The notes under the pieces: generated by a model
Seen by the model: only the letters and a program-made list of their open reading frames with translations
What the model was told of the DNA's origin: nothing
Database searches by the model: none
NCBI RefSeq assembly: GCF_030684315.1
Contig: NC_081359.1
Span: 58,066,505-58,130,504 of the forward strand
Origin: Stegostoma tigrinum
Lineage: Eukaryota
Length of the DNA stretch: 64,000 nt
Reading direction: 5' to 3'
Shown: positions 24,930-36,780 of the stretch, piece after piece
Numbering within the stretch: the first letter of the stretch is position 1
Layout: the number at the start of each line of letters is the position of its first letter
Translations under genes and position numbers: made by a program

Positions 24930-25245
24930 CATAGATCATAGAATCCCTACAGTGTGGAAACAGGCCCTTTGGCCCAACAAGTCCACACTGACCCTTGGAC
25001 CATCCCACCCAGATCCATCCCCCTATAACCTACACACCCCTGAACACTAAGGCAATTTTGCATGGCCAATCCACCTAGCCTGCACATCTTTGGACTGTGG
25101 GAGGAAACCAGAGCACCCAGAGGGGACCCATGCAGACACAGGGAGACTGTGCAAACTCCACACAGACAGTCAGCTGAGGCTAGAATCAAACCTGGATCCC
25201 TGGTGGTGTGAGACTGCAGTGTTAACCAATGAGCCCAGTGCTGCC
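24930..25245 (-). mobile_element. HE1-type V-SINE
   Basis: Same body as 7879-8201; plus-strand tail catagatcatagaatccc. Confidence 0.9.
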
Positions 25246-25474
25246 CTCTGTCATATTGACAAAGATAATTTCCCAGAGTAAACTCACTTAATAGGCTGTG
25301 AGTCAGCAGCTCTAGAGCATCAGCTATCATTGGCAGTGGGGAGATTGTTGTCAGGAGGCAGGTTTGAGACCATGGGGGAGCCTTAATATGGAGGCACCCA
25401 TGGTGATAAGACCTCAGTACAGTAGAGAAACCCTCCAGTTGGATCACTGCAACCACAGTTAAAGCCTCAGGAAA

Positions 25475-25810
25475 ATTGTGGCATTGTGACAATACATTGG
25501 ACTGACAACCCAGAGGCCCAGGTTAATAGTTTTTTCACGCATAGGTTCAACTTCCGCTATAGACATTGGTGGAATTTAAATTCAATTAATTAAATCTGGA
25601 ATTGAAATCTTGCCTAAATGTAAGTTGCCATGAAATTATTGTTGACTTTTTTAAAATAAGAAAAATCTTTCTTTTGTGACAGAAATCTGCCAACCTTACG
25701 TGGTCTGACCTACATGTGTTGACCCACAGCAAAGTGGCTGATTTTTAACTGCTTTCTGAAATGGCCCAATGAGCCCTTCAGTTCAAAGCCAATTAGAGAT
25801 GGAGAACATT
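25475..25810 (+). mobile_element. tRNA-headed SINE sharing 5' and 3' ends with the second CR1-group LINE
   Basis: A-box-like TGGCATTGTGA 25479-25489; B-box GGTTCAACTTCC 25544-25555; body matches 62001-62290; ends caaagccaattagagatgg like the LINE 3' end. Confidence 0.75.
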
Positions 25811-27269
25811 GTGCTACAAATCACATGGTCACCATAAATTGAGCGCATTTTTTTATCTAGCAACCAGAGGAAACTTACTGGAAAAGAAAAGCACTAGGTA
25901 TGTTATTGTTAATTGTTATTTCTCAATACTGAAGGAACTACAGACAAGATAGTTCATGTAAATCTACAGTTTCATTAATGAATCATAATTCTTAAGCTCT
26001 CAGTCTTAATCATAAACAACTAGAATCAACATGGTGTGTATGGTTGGGGTGAGGAGAATGGCAGTGGGGGTGGAGTGAATATTTATACACCCATTAACAC
26101 TATATTCTCACCAGGTGAAATTTGAATTTCCAGAATTCAGGAACTACATGAACACTGCATGCAACAATACATGAGCCACATTTACATTCAAAAATTGCAT
26201 TCTCACGACATGAATGGAAACACAATGGGCATTTGACAGATGCTGAATGCTCTCACCTACTATCACATTCAACCTCTGCTCCCATTCCTGTCAGTATCAG
26301 GGCAAGTTCTTTTTGGTCATTAGTGACATTACCATGCCCGTGAAATCCGGCTCCCATTAACTCATACGTTGCATTCCCGCACCACAAACAGCTAGGGAGT
26401 TGGTCCAAGAAATTTGATTAAAATACTGTCCTGCCATTCATTCCTTTCACACTTGTATCACATACCCTCCCAAAATTGAAATCAGAGCTCAATAGCTTTT
26501 ATTCATTTTACCTTCTTAAGGAGTGGTATAATTAACCTAAATGTGACTTTAACCTTTGTGAAGTTGTTGTTCAAACACTAGCCTACATTTATTTGTTTTT
26601 GAAAACCTCAGCTGACAATGTTGTCAAAATTCTGTTTTAGCATCTCACAGCAAATACCCTTAGGTCCAAAGCCTTGACACAAACATGATGTTTCTACCTG
26701 CATATGAAAGCAGAATGATTTTATTATCTGTATTCTCTGACAATAGATTTCTTATAACAGTCTGCTAGGGTTTCACTTATAAAGACAGTTAAGTCTTTTT
26801 ACAACCACGTAGCTTTATTCCCCAGTTTAAATGTCACTGTATTTTCATTAGTGTTATATGTGTTTTCTGAAAATCTGTGGCTTTGAAAGCCTTAGAAGAA
26901 AGTGTGTAATATTGCAAACCTGGTTTATGGTGTATTCCTATGCCAATGCAGTGTGTTGTGGGTTTGGGAATATGGCAATCACATTTCACTGCATGATCCT
27001 TTTCCAGCCTCCGTCAGGTTTGGTGGAGGTGCTGAATAAACGTAGGAACACTTCACATATCAGGAGTGGGTAATAAAAAGCAGTAAATGAATGCAGAATA
27101 ACTGACTAGAAGCAAGACCCCTCTCTACATTCTTAGATGGAATTCTGGGAACTTGTAAAGGTGAAGAGAAGTGTTTTGTTATGTTTCAGGTGAGATTTTT
27201 AAGAGCCTGGCCCCAGCAGCATCCCCCACCCCCGCCCCACCCAAAAAGTTTATACAGTGTTGTTTTGAA

Positions 27270-27590
27270 CTGAAATTGAAAGGTCAACCATTTTGATTCC
27301 TCACTTCAATTAAGTTTACTGTCAATTGAGCCAACATTGGGATCACCACACTTCGACTTAGCACCAATGAACTAAGGAGGAAACAAAAAGCTAGGATTCA
27401 TGTACCTGATCACTATCCAATGACCCATTCTGGAAAGTTCACGTGCTGGCAGAGTGATGTCTCTTGATGATTGTATTGACTGCCAGTAGTAATTAGCCAA
27501 GCTAGCATGAAATGAATAGCATTTGAGAAAGGTGCCAGAGGACTCCAGGTGTCTGTGAAATGATTCCCAACATGAGTCAGTGCCTACAGG
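27270..27590 (+). mobile_element. Ancient SINE-like repeat
   Basis: cctgatcactatccaatgaccc at about 27405 matches the reverse complement of 60768-60790 (cctgatcgctatctgatgactcc). Confidence 0.5.
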
Positions 27591-28799
27591 GTATTTATTA
27601 CTTTAATAACTGGTTATAGAGAAAAGTGAAGTCTGCTTTTGCGTTAGAGTGCATATTGTTTTTGGCATGTCCTATATAATTGCTGATCATAACTGTCTTA
27701 TTATATGTAATGATTGGTCTGTTTTATGCAGTCTTTTTTGTGTCAATAAGAAAGCTACATGTTTTTGCTTAGGGAAAACTAAAATAGGAAAACAACACGA
27801 AACGAAAAACATTGTCACAATGGTGTCACATGCAAATGATCTAACAAGCTACTTAGACACAATTGTTTTGTTTAGACAACTGTTAGAAGGCTCCCAAACA
27901 TTTATTAAAAGGTCACTGGTACAGATCCTTTCATCTCAAAAGCACAAATGCATTTCATTAGTCCTTCTGCAACCCCTTCCAACTTTAATTTTCCCCAGGG
28001 ATCAATTACTTTGTTGAAATGTTCTGTCTCTTTGTAGCTAGACCATCAGATAGGACACATTATTTATTTCGAGAAACAAAATGTTATGACTTTGTTTTTT
28101 TTTAAAAAGTTCATCCTGTGATTCAGTATTTTGCACTCTTGTTGGAAAGGAAGTGTTATTACTCAATTGAGAGTGCTTGAATGTGCTACTAAAATTTATT
28201 AGAGCTGAAAATCATCCCAGCAGAGATGCTGCTCAGTCGCTGTCCATGCCAGCTGGTGCTGAGCTTGCCAAGGATTGCAGGGTCAGAGAAGGATCTGTAA
28301 TGCAAATCATTGAAGTGGGCAGCATGCCCAAAACTAGGCTGTGCCTCACAGTAGAAGTGTGCTGGGTCTTTGTAATAAAATGGAGGCGTGATAGATTGCT
28401 GCTGATACAGTATTAAACTTATGACTTTGGAAAATGAAAGACTACAATTCCATGAGAGACTGAGGTATTGTTCTTGTCTTTTACAAGGCAAAGAGAGGGA
28501 ACGAGAGACAATGGGACCCAAGATCTGAAGCCCAGAGGCATTAGTTACATGAGCAGATAATTGACCATTTTTAAGGTTTTTTTAACCTCTAAACTGAGGT
28601 AGTAATTTAAGTAAAACCTGCAAAATATTTGTTTATGTCAAGTGTATAGTGTCACTCATGAAACCCCTTAATATGACTAACTGAAAATATCACTGAGGAG
28701 TATTCCTTACCGTCAGACTCTGATTAGTTAGAGAAAATGCAAATGAACAGTCAAGCAGCTGTTTTGTTGCAACTGTTACATGTGGAAGTTCTTGGACGT

Positions 28800-29640
28800 C
28801 AGCATGCTCCACAGCAATCACATCTTCTGTCAGTGTCAACACCTCAAAAAATTTGGCTCTGAATTGATGAGCTGGAGTTTAAACTTCAGACAATGCAAGG
28901 AGGGATAGAGCTACATGGGCTCTTTGTTCCAGAAGGCAGTCAGGGATAATACAGTTAGGGGAAATAGAAACTGGTCAATGCAGTCATGTGTCCCATAGGC
29001 GATGTTACCTGCTCAGTCCTATACCCTTAGGTCTGCAGGGAACCAATGACGTAGGTAGGACTAAGAGAAATTCTGCTAAGGGAGCATGAATGTCTAGGAG
29101 CTAATTTAGAAAGTGAACAATAAAGGTAATAAATTCTGGATCACTACCTGAACTGCGAGAAAATCTGCATTAGATAAATAACTTAGAGAGTTAAATGATG
29201 GTTCAAAGAATTATATGGGAGAATTAGCCTTTGATTGATGGGCACCAGCAAAAGGAGATTTACTATTGTAACAAACTTGAAATGAAGAAGGGTCTCGACC
29301 TGAAACGTTAGCTTTCCTGCTCCTCTGATGCTGCTTGGCCTGCTGTGTTCATCCAGCTTCATACCGTGTTATCTTTGAAATATTAACTGTTTTTCTCTTA
29401 CAATGCTATTGGTCTTGTATAATTGCAGGATGTAACCACGTTAAGCACCAAAGTTGGGGTGATACAGTTATCATGGACAATTTTAATCCTCATTGGATTG
29501 GACAAAGCAAATTTTCAAAGATAAGTTTGAAGATGACTTCTTAGAGGGTATTCAGGTATTTCTTAGAAAAATATATTCTGAAGCTAACGGGGAAACAAGC
29601 TTTTTTGGGACTGGTAACTTGTAATGAGACATTAGCAATA
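28800..29640 (+). mobile_element. Highly degenerate CR1 ORF1/APE fragments
   Basis: gaattgatgagctggag (IDELE-like), ggaaccaatgacgtaggtagg (GTND esterase motif), atcatggacaattttaatcctcattggattgg (GDFN-like). Confidence 0.55.
29282..29375 (+). mobile_element. PLE pLTR fragment with hammerhead remnant
   Basis: tgaagaagggtctcgacctGAAACGTTagctttcctgctcctctgatgctgcttggcctgctgtgttcatccagc. Confidence 0.8.
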
Positions 29641-30589
29641 TCTCCACTACATCCTGCCGATGCAGTAGGAATTCCATCAACAAATACTTGGATCTAACTC
29701 CAAAGGCGTTGAGGCAAATCTCCCACATAAATCAACATAAAGGATAAAGGAAGAAAGCACTTAAAATATGCTGTCAAGTTCTTCTTAAAGCAAGGCAATG
29801 AAATTGTTTGGGAGAACTTTGCTAACAATCATTCAAAATGGTAACAACATGACCATTAAGCTTTGAGTCATAACATTGTAACCTTCAAGCAAGCAGCAGC
29901 AAGCAAAAAAGGAAAGAAATGGAAGCAAGTTCTGCATTCTGGTTCCAGTTATGTCACGGGATATCCCGGTCCCATGAACCCAAAGATCTGTTATTTGAGA
30001 ATTAGCCTGTTCAGTCACATGACAATACGTAGCAGAAACTTGTGATCCTGTGTAAACATCATTCCTGAATTGAAGAACATCCAACAATGACAACAGCATG
30101 GTGATTCAAGAGAGAACAGTAATTCTATGTGTTTCGCGACCACAGTAAACCATTGAGTGGTGTCTTGCTTCAACATGCACAGTACCAAACAGCTGTCAAA
30201 AGGCTTTGAATGTGTTGAAAGCAATGTTAAATAATTCACAAAGCACCAGATTTTCAGAGTAACCTTATTCATTTTCTATTGCTCCTGCCAAATTACAAAA
30301 TCAACTGTCAATTTCACTTGAAATGAAATTCTGATTGATCAGAATTAATTAGAAATATCAAGTGACAATAACCTATCTCTTTAGTTACCTCTCCTAATAT
30401 TTTCTCATGTGCCACAGTGTGCTCAGAGTTCTGAAGAAGAGTTCTGCTGGACTTGAAATGCTAACTGTTTCTCTCACAAGCACCTTAGGATATTTTACAA
30501 TGCTGCTGGCCCTGTATAATTGCAAGCTGTTATCTTACCACAGATCTATCATAGCAGTTCATTGGCTCATAACCTGAGTTTTGAGATAT

Positions 30590-31400
30590 TGGCCCAGATC
30601 TTCCAGTCTCAGGATAGCTGAATGTACACTCCAAAGATGCACATTACGACTTCTCAGAACGTCCAGGACACTGAGTGAATGGGAATTGTGTGGGAAGTTT
30701 AAACATTCAATGGTCAACTTCCCAGGTGCTGTATACAAATCACTCTTACTCTGTCTTACAGCTGGAGACACTGGAGAGCTCTAACTTACTTACCTGGACA
30801 ATTACCCAAGAAATGTTAGATGAATTAAACCATTTGTAACTCCTGGATAATTGTACATTGGACCCAATCCACCACCCACTCCACTCAACACCAGGACCAC
30901 TGATATTCCTGATCTTCCAAATATCAGCCTGACTATCCAACAACTTTTTACACCTTTACAGGCTCTCTGACCTAAACTTTCTGACTCTTCCACTGATTGG
31001 CCCAAAAGCCCACCCCCACTGATGATCTGACCCTACGCTGACCCTCTAATTCAACCTGATCCTCCAATCCCTCTGCAATCACCCTCTAACTACCTCTTGA
31101 CCTGACCTTACCACTCTACCATCCTATTTCCACATGACACTTGACACACTCACCACCCCATCATGACTGACTTACCCTTGTTTGTTCTGAGCCTCCATGT
31201 AAACTACTATTCTCCTGCTCCCCTGCCTTCAGCTAGAGACATCATCAAAAAAAACATGAAACTGCACAAAGCCAACTGGTACAGGTCATCTTCAAATAAT
31301 TACCAAGCACGTGTGGCAAGATTTCCGTATGTTCCTGACTTTATCTTGAAGGGAGGTTTTCATTGAAAAATATTTTTCATGGTGTACAAATGTGTTGCAA
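30590..31400 (+). repeat. Unclassified interspersed repeat with C-rich strand-skewed segment (copy 1 of 3)
   Basis: cttacctggacaattacccaagaaatgttagatgaattaaaccatttg matches the reverse complement of 42640-42705; gggaattgtgtgggaagttt matches the reverse complement of about 56278-56300. Confidence 0.55.
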
Positions 31401-31869
31401 TTACAAACTATCCACAGACCCAACATTTCATAAAGATACTGCTGACTCTATCCCTGCAACTTGAACCTCTATTAGGAAATCCAAATTTTATGTCCAGTCT
31501 GATTCAGCCATCCTACTAGCCACATTTTTTGCTCTTGTAGGCTCAATACATGTTGTTCTTTCAGGTCTTTATCACCACTGAACTATTTCCAGGCCTAAGA
31601 AATGATGGGCAGCATGTTTGGAGGGTGCCAGCAACAATCATTTTTAAATTAGCCACAACGAGTAGATAGTCTTTAAATAGTATTACTTCTGGTGTTCTAA
31701 TGCTGGCAGTGGATTTAGTATTGCAATACTGTCAGTCAATGTCTTTCAGGCTCCCTGAGAAAAGCCCTGAACAAGGAGACTTACCAGCATTCAGAACACC
31801 TAGAAGATGCTATCAGCAAAGAAGAAAGATGTTTATTCTCATCATCAAGCGGATGGAAGTATAGGTCTG

Positions 31870-32560
31870 CCCCACGCACTCTCACCCCACCCTAGTGGGA
31901 TCTTCACAGAATTGGTGTCCTTCCATGTGTGATGTCCTGTGCTGTGCACAGTGCCCAAGATGTGATCTCGCCAAAGCTGTGTGGCAGAGGCTTTCCTACT
32001 GTTGCACTTAGCTCCCCTCACAATGAACCATGGCAATCTGTGGGCTTTCCTGGTTTGCTTGTTATGCAAATATATTAACCTTCTGTGGTTCATGCACTGT
32101 GGTGCTCTGATCTGTCGGCATCTCTGAACTCTGTGGCCTGTCACCATTTGAATGGTGTGTTTGCTTTTCATTCCTTCCATCAAGATGGATAATTTCCTAC
32201 TTTTCACGTTGTTCTCCATTTTCCAGATTCTTACCTGCTCTTTTCATTTCTTTGTGGGCTCCTTATGTCCTCTTCTTTGTGTCATCAACAAATTTAGCTA
32301 CGTTCCCTTCAAAATCTTCATCCAAATCATTCACATAAATTGTAAAGAGATGTGGCCCCAGCCTTGAGACACACCATTCGTGACATCCAGCCAGCCCGAT
32401 AAAGCTCCACTTACTCCTACTTAGCAAGGCAACCTTCTAACCATGCCAATATGTTAGCCCCTACAGCTTGTATTTTCCACAATAACCTTTGATATGGCAC
32501 TTTATCAACTCTCTTCTGGAAATCTAAATACTATACATCCACTGGTTCCTCTTTATCTAG
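31870..32560 (-). mobile_element. Degenerate CR1 RT fragment
   Basis: Minus: VDV.YLDFQK..DKVP (32490-32545), KFVDD (about 32285), LWRDHILGTVH. Confidence 0.7.
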
Positions 32561-33025
32561 AGCATATGGAAGAGTGAGATGAGGAGGCATTTCTTCTCGC
32601 AGAGGGTTATGAGTCTTTGGAAAGCCATGCCATAGAAAGCTGTGGGGGCAAAATTCTTGTGCTTGATTTGATTTGTTATCATCACGTGTTTCGAGATAGT
32701 GAAAATTATTGTTTTGTGTGCTTTCCAGACAAATCATACCATACGTAAGTACAGGAGAGTAATAGAATGGAATGCAGAATATTGTGTTACAGCAACAAAG
32801 AACGTGCAGAGAAAGGTCAAGTTTCACGAATGAAGGGTCAGTCCAAAAGTTTGATATAAGTGGGGTAGAAACTGTTCTTGATTCTCTTGGTACATGTTTT
32901 TAAAGTTTATTTTCTGCCTGACAGAAGAAGGTGAACAGCCATACCACCCAAGTGGGAGAGTCTTTGATTATGTTGTCTGCTTTCCTGAAGCAGTTGGAAG
33001 CATAGGCAGAGTCAATGGATGGAAG

Positions 33026-33110
33026 AGATAACAAAGCGTGGAGCTGGATGAACACAGCAGGCCAAACGGCATCTCAGGAGCACAAAAGCTGACGTTTCGG
33101 GCCGCACCCA
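33026..33110 (-). mobile_element. PLE pLTR mini-insertion
   Basis: 14-bp TSD TCAATGGATGGAAG at 33012-33025/33111-33124; contains cccGAAACGTC (minus). Confidence 0.85.
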
Positions 33111-33159
33111 TCAATGGATGGAAGGATGGCTTTTGTGATGGACTGGGCTGCGTTCACAC

Positions 33160-34902
33160 AAGGCCCTCCAATTCTTCCTGTCCCGCGGCCCAACCAGTCC
33201 CCGTCCACTGACACCCTCATCTGCTTAGCCGAACTTGTCCTCACCCTCAACAACTTCCTTTTCAATTCCTCCCACTTCCTACGGACAAAGGGGGTGGCCA
33301 TGGGTACCCGCATGGGCCCAAGCTACACCTGCCTCTTTGCAGGTTACATGGAACAATCCCCCTTCCAAAGCTACACTGGCCCTAAACCCCACCTCTTTCT
33401 CCATCACATTGATGACTATATCGGCGCTGCTTCGTGCTCCCACGAGGACCTCAAACAGTTCTTCCGCTTCACTAACACCTTCCACCCTAACCTAAAGTTC
33501 ACTTGGACCATCTCTGATATCTCTTTATCCTTCCTGGACCTCTCTGTCTCCATCTCTGGCATCCACCTGGAAACTAATATACATTTCAAGCCTACCAACT
33601 CCCACAGCTACCTAGAATACACCTCCTTTCACCCACCTTCCTGCAAAAAGGCCATCCCCTATTCCCAATTCCTTCATCTCCAGCGCATCTGCTCCTGAGA
33701 TGGGGCAGTCCACTCCAGGACATTCCAGATGTCCTTGTTTTTCAAGGACCGCAACTTCCTCTCCACAGGGGTTGAAAATACCCTCAACCGTGTCTCCCAC
33801 TTTTTTCCACAACTCATCACTCACACCCCCTCCCCGCAATAACAACCAAAACAGAATCCCCCGCATCCTCACGTACCACCCCACCAACCTCCGGATCCAA
33901 CGCATCATCCTCTGACACTTCCGCCATCTGCAATCTGACCCCACTACCAAAGACATTTTTCCCTCCCCACCCTTGTCTGCTTTCCAGAGGGACCACTCTC
34001 TCCGTGACTCCCTCGTCCGCTGCACACTCCCCTCCAGCCCGACCACCCCTGGCACTTTTCCCTGCAGCTGGAGCAAGTGTTACACCTGCCCCTACACCTC
34101 CCCCCTCACCCACATCCCAGGCTCTAAGAATACTTTCCACATCAAACAAATGTTCACCTGCACATCTGCTAATGTGGTATACTGTATCCTCTGTTCCCGT
34201 TGTGGCCTCCTCTACATTCCAGAAACCAAGCAGAGGATTGAGTACCACTTTGCAGAACACCTCCGCCCAGTTCGCAACAAACAAACTATTTCAACACCCC
34301 CTCCCATTCCTAGGACGACATGGCCACCCTGGGCCTACTGCAGTGCCACAACGATGCTACCCGAAAGCTGCAGGAACAGCAACTTATATTCCACTTGGGA
34401 ACCCTGCAGCCCAATGGTATCAATGTGGACTTCACAAGCTTCAAAATGTCCCCTCCCCTTACCACATCCCAAAACCAGCCCATCTAGTCCCCGCCTCCCT
34501 AACCTGTCCTTCTTCCCACCTATCTCCCCCTCCCACCTCAAACCCCACCCCTATCTCCTACCCACTAACCTCATCCCGCCCCCTTGACCTATCCATCCTC
34601 CCTGAACCAACCAATCCCCTCCCTAACTCCCCACCTACATTCACCTTTACTGGCTCCAACACCGCCTCTTTGATCTGTCTATCTCCTCTCCACCTACCTT
34701 CTCCTTTATCGATCTTCTAACCGCCTCCCCCTCTCTCCGTATTTATTTCAGAATCTGCTTCCCCTCGCTCATTTCTGAAGAAAGGCCTCAACCCAAAACG
34801 TCAGCCTTCCTGCTCCCCTGATGCTGCTTGGCTTGCTGTGTTCATTCAGCTCTACACCGTGTTATCTCAGATTCTCTAGCATCGGCAGTTCCTACTATCT
34901 CT
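33160..34902 (+). mobile_element. 5'-truncated Penelope-like element, Neptune type (RT, thumb, Cys linker, GIY-YIG, pLTR with hammerhead)
   Basis: ORF 33114..33698 LTLNNFLF...KGVAMGTRMGPSY...HIDD...FLDL; ORF 33973..34587 CSWSKCYTC linker then NVVYCILCSRCGLLYIPETK...EH; pLTR CTGAAGA...AAAACGTC 34775-34802; stops and frameshifts. Confidence 0.93.
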
Positions 34903-35244
34903 CTGCAAATTCTTGCAGTTTTGGGCACAGCAGTTGCCACAGCAAGCTGTGATGCATCCAGGTGGATGCTTTCTATGGTGCACCTACAAAAATTGGTAAG
35001 AGTCCTTGGGGACATGCTGAATTTCCTTAGCCTTCTAAGGAAGTAGAGGTGTTGGTGTGCTTTCTTAACCATAGCATTGATGTGGATGGACCAGGCCAGA
35101 TGTTGATGATCTTTACTCTAGGAACTTGAAGCTCTTGACCATCTCCACCTCGGTGCCATTGATGCAGACAGGCGCATGTCCTCCACTCGGCTTCCTGAAG
35201 ACAATGATCAGCTCCTTTGTTTTGTTGACATCAAGGTGGAGATT

Positions 35245-35740
35245 TAATGCTGAGTGTTAATAGAGAGATTTAAAATATATTTAATGCTGAGTTAGATAGA
35301 TTCTTGACCAGTGGAGGTATGAGTGGTTACGGGGAAAAGGCAGAAAACTGGACATGAGGAACATGATCAGCTGGACATGACCAGCCATGATCCTATTGAA
35401 TGGTGCAGCATGCTCAAGAGGCTGAATGGCCTCCTTCTGTACCTATTTTCTCAAGAATTACTGAATAGTTGTAACACAAAAGGGGGTCATTGATACCATT
35501 GTATCTGTGTAGCTCTGTGAAGGAGTAATTTGCCTGTTGATTTGTGAATTCCTTGCTGGAGAAGGCTCTGGAGGCCAAGACATTGAGTATATTTATGACA
35601 GTAAAGACAGATCTTGATTAGTAAGGGGATGGAGTGAAAACAAGAGATTGAGGTTAAGAAACATATCAGCCATGATCGAATGATCGAGCGGACTTGATGG
35701 ACTAAATAGCCTAAAGCTGCCCCTATATGTTACAGTTTCA
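35245..35740 (+). mobile_element. Two CR1 3' UTR fragments
   Basis: gctgagttagatagattcttg...cagccatgatcctattgaatgg and atcagccatgatcgaatg...gactaaatagcct. Confidence 0.7.
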
Positions 35741-35749
35741 TAAACCCAC

Positions 35750-36780
35750 ACCTCTATCTTCTCCCTTTAGTCCTGCTCATCCTTTTCAAACCATTATCCA
35801 ACCCTGTCTTGAATATCTCAATTGCATCTCCCTTTGCAGTATATTCCAGATCCTAATGACTTACTAATTGAAAACATTTCTGCCCTTATTTTTATTGCTT
35901 CTTATAACAATTACAACAATGATCTGGGCCCTCTTGTTTTCCATCCTTTCACCAATAGGAACAGTTTTCACCATCTGCTTTGTCCAGATCACTCATGGTT
36001 TTGAATATCTCTATCACATCTTTTCTCAGCCTTGTCTGAAAGGAAAACAGTCCTAGATTATTCAATCTGTCCGTGTAATTGTATTTGTTCATCCAGAGAA
36101 CAATTCATATGAATCTTTTCTGTATTTTCTCTAATGCCTTCATATTTTTCTCAAAGAACTGAACATAGTTGAGGCTGAATAAGTGACTTATACAAGCTTA
36201 GACTAACTTCCCTGCTTGTTTACTCTTTTCTCATATTCTTAAAGTTAAAGATGTGGAATGTTTTATTAAATATTCTTTCAACTTATCATGCCACTTCAAT
36301 GATTTATGTACATGTATACTCATTCCCTCTGCTGCTTTATTCCCTTTAGAATTATACTTTTTAGTTTCTATTGTCTCATCAAATTCTTTCTACCACAATT
36401 TCTCTTGCTGTATATTAAATTTCAGCTGCACTTTCCCTCCCCATCCCACTGCCCTGTCAATGCGCCTTAGAAATTCTACAATAATCTTTCCCACAGTTCA
36501 CAATATTTGTAAATTTTGTATCATCACCAAGTTTTGAAGTTGTGCCCTGTACACCAAAGTCTAAGGAATCAATGTATCTTGGGAACAGTTAGGGCCCTAA
36601 CATTGAACCCCGGGGAACTCTCCTATAAACCTTGCTCCAGTTAGAAAATCATCTATTAGCCTCAGCTCTTTGTTTCCTGTCACTCAGCCAATTTGGTATC
36701 TGTGTTGCTACTGATCCTTTTATTGCGTAAACTATAATTTTGATCTCAAGCCTGCTGTACAGCATTCTACTAAATGCCCT
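35750..36780 (-). mobile_element. Degenerate CR1 RT/C-terminal fragment
   Basis: Minus: aattggctgagtgacaggaaacaaagag, ggagagttccccggggttcaatgttagggcc (VPQGSVLGP-like), aaacttggtgatgatacaaaa (KxADDTK-like). Confidence 0.7.

Larger units (their letters stand above)
32663..35240 (-). mobile_element. Rex1/Babar LINE 3' region interrupted by two PLE insertions
   Basis: ORF 34842..35072 VKKAHQHLYFLRRLRKFSMSPRTLTNFCRCTIESI; KELIIVFRK at about 35200; 3' UTR and tail at 32663-32900; host resumes at about 34903. Confidence 0.85.

Noticed and set aside
33612-34720. Several long overlapping ORFs (154, 155, 238 aa)
   Set aside because: Alternative or antisense frames of the C-rich PLE, which is poor in stop codons.
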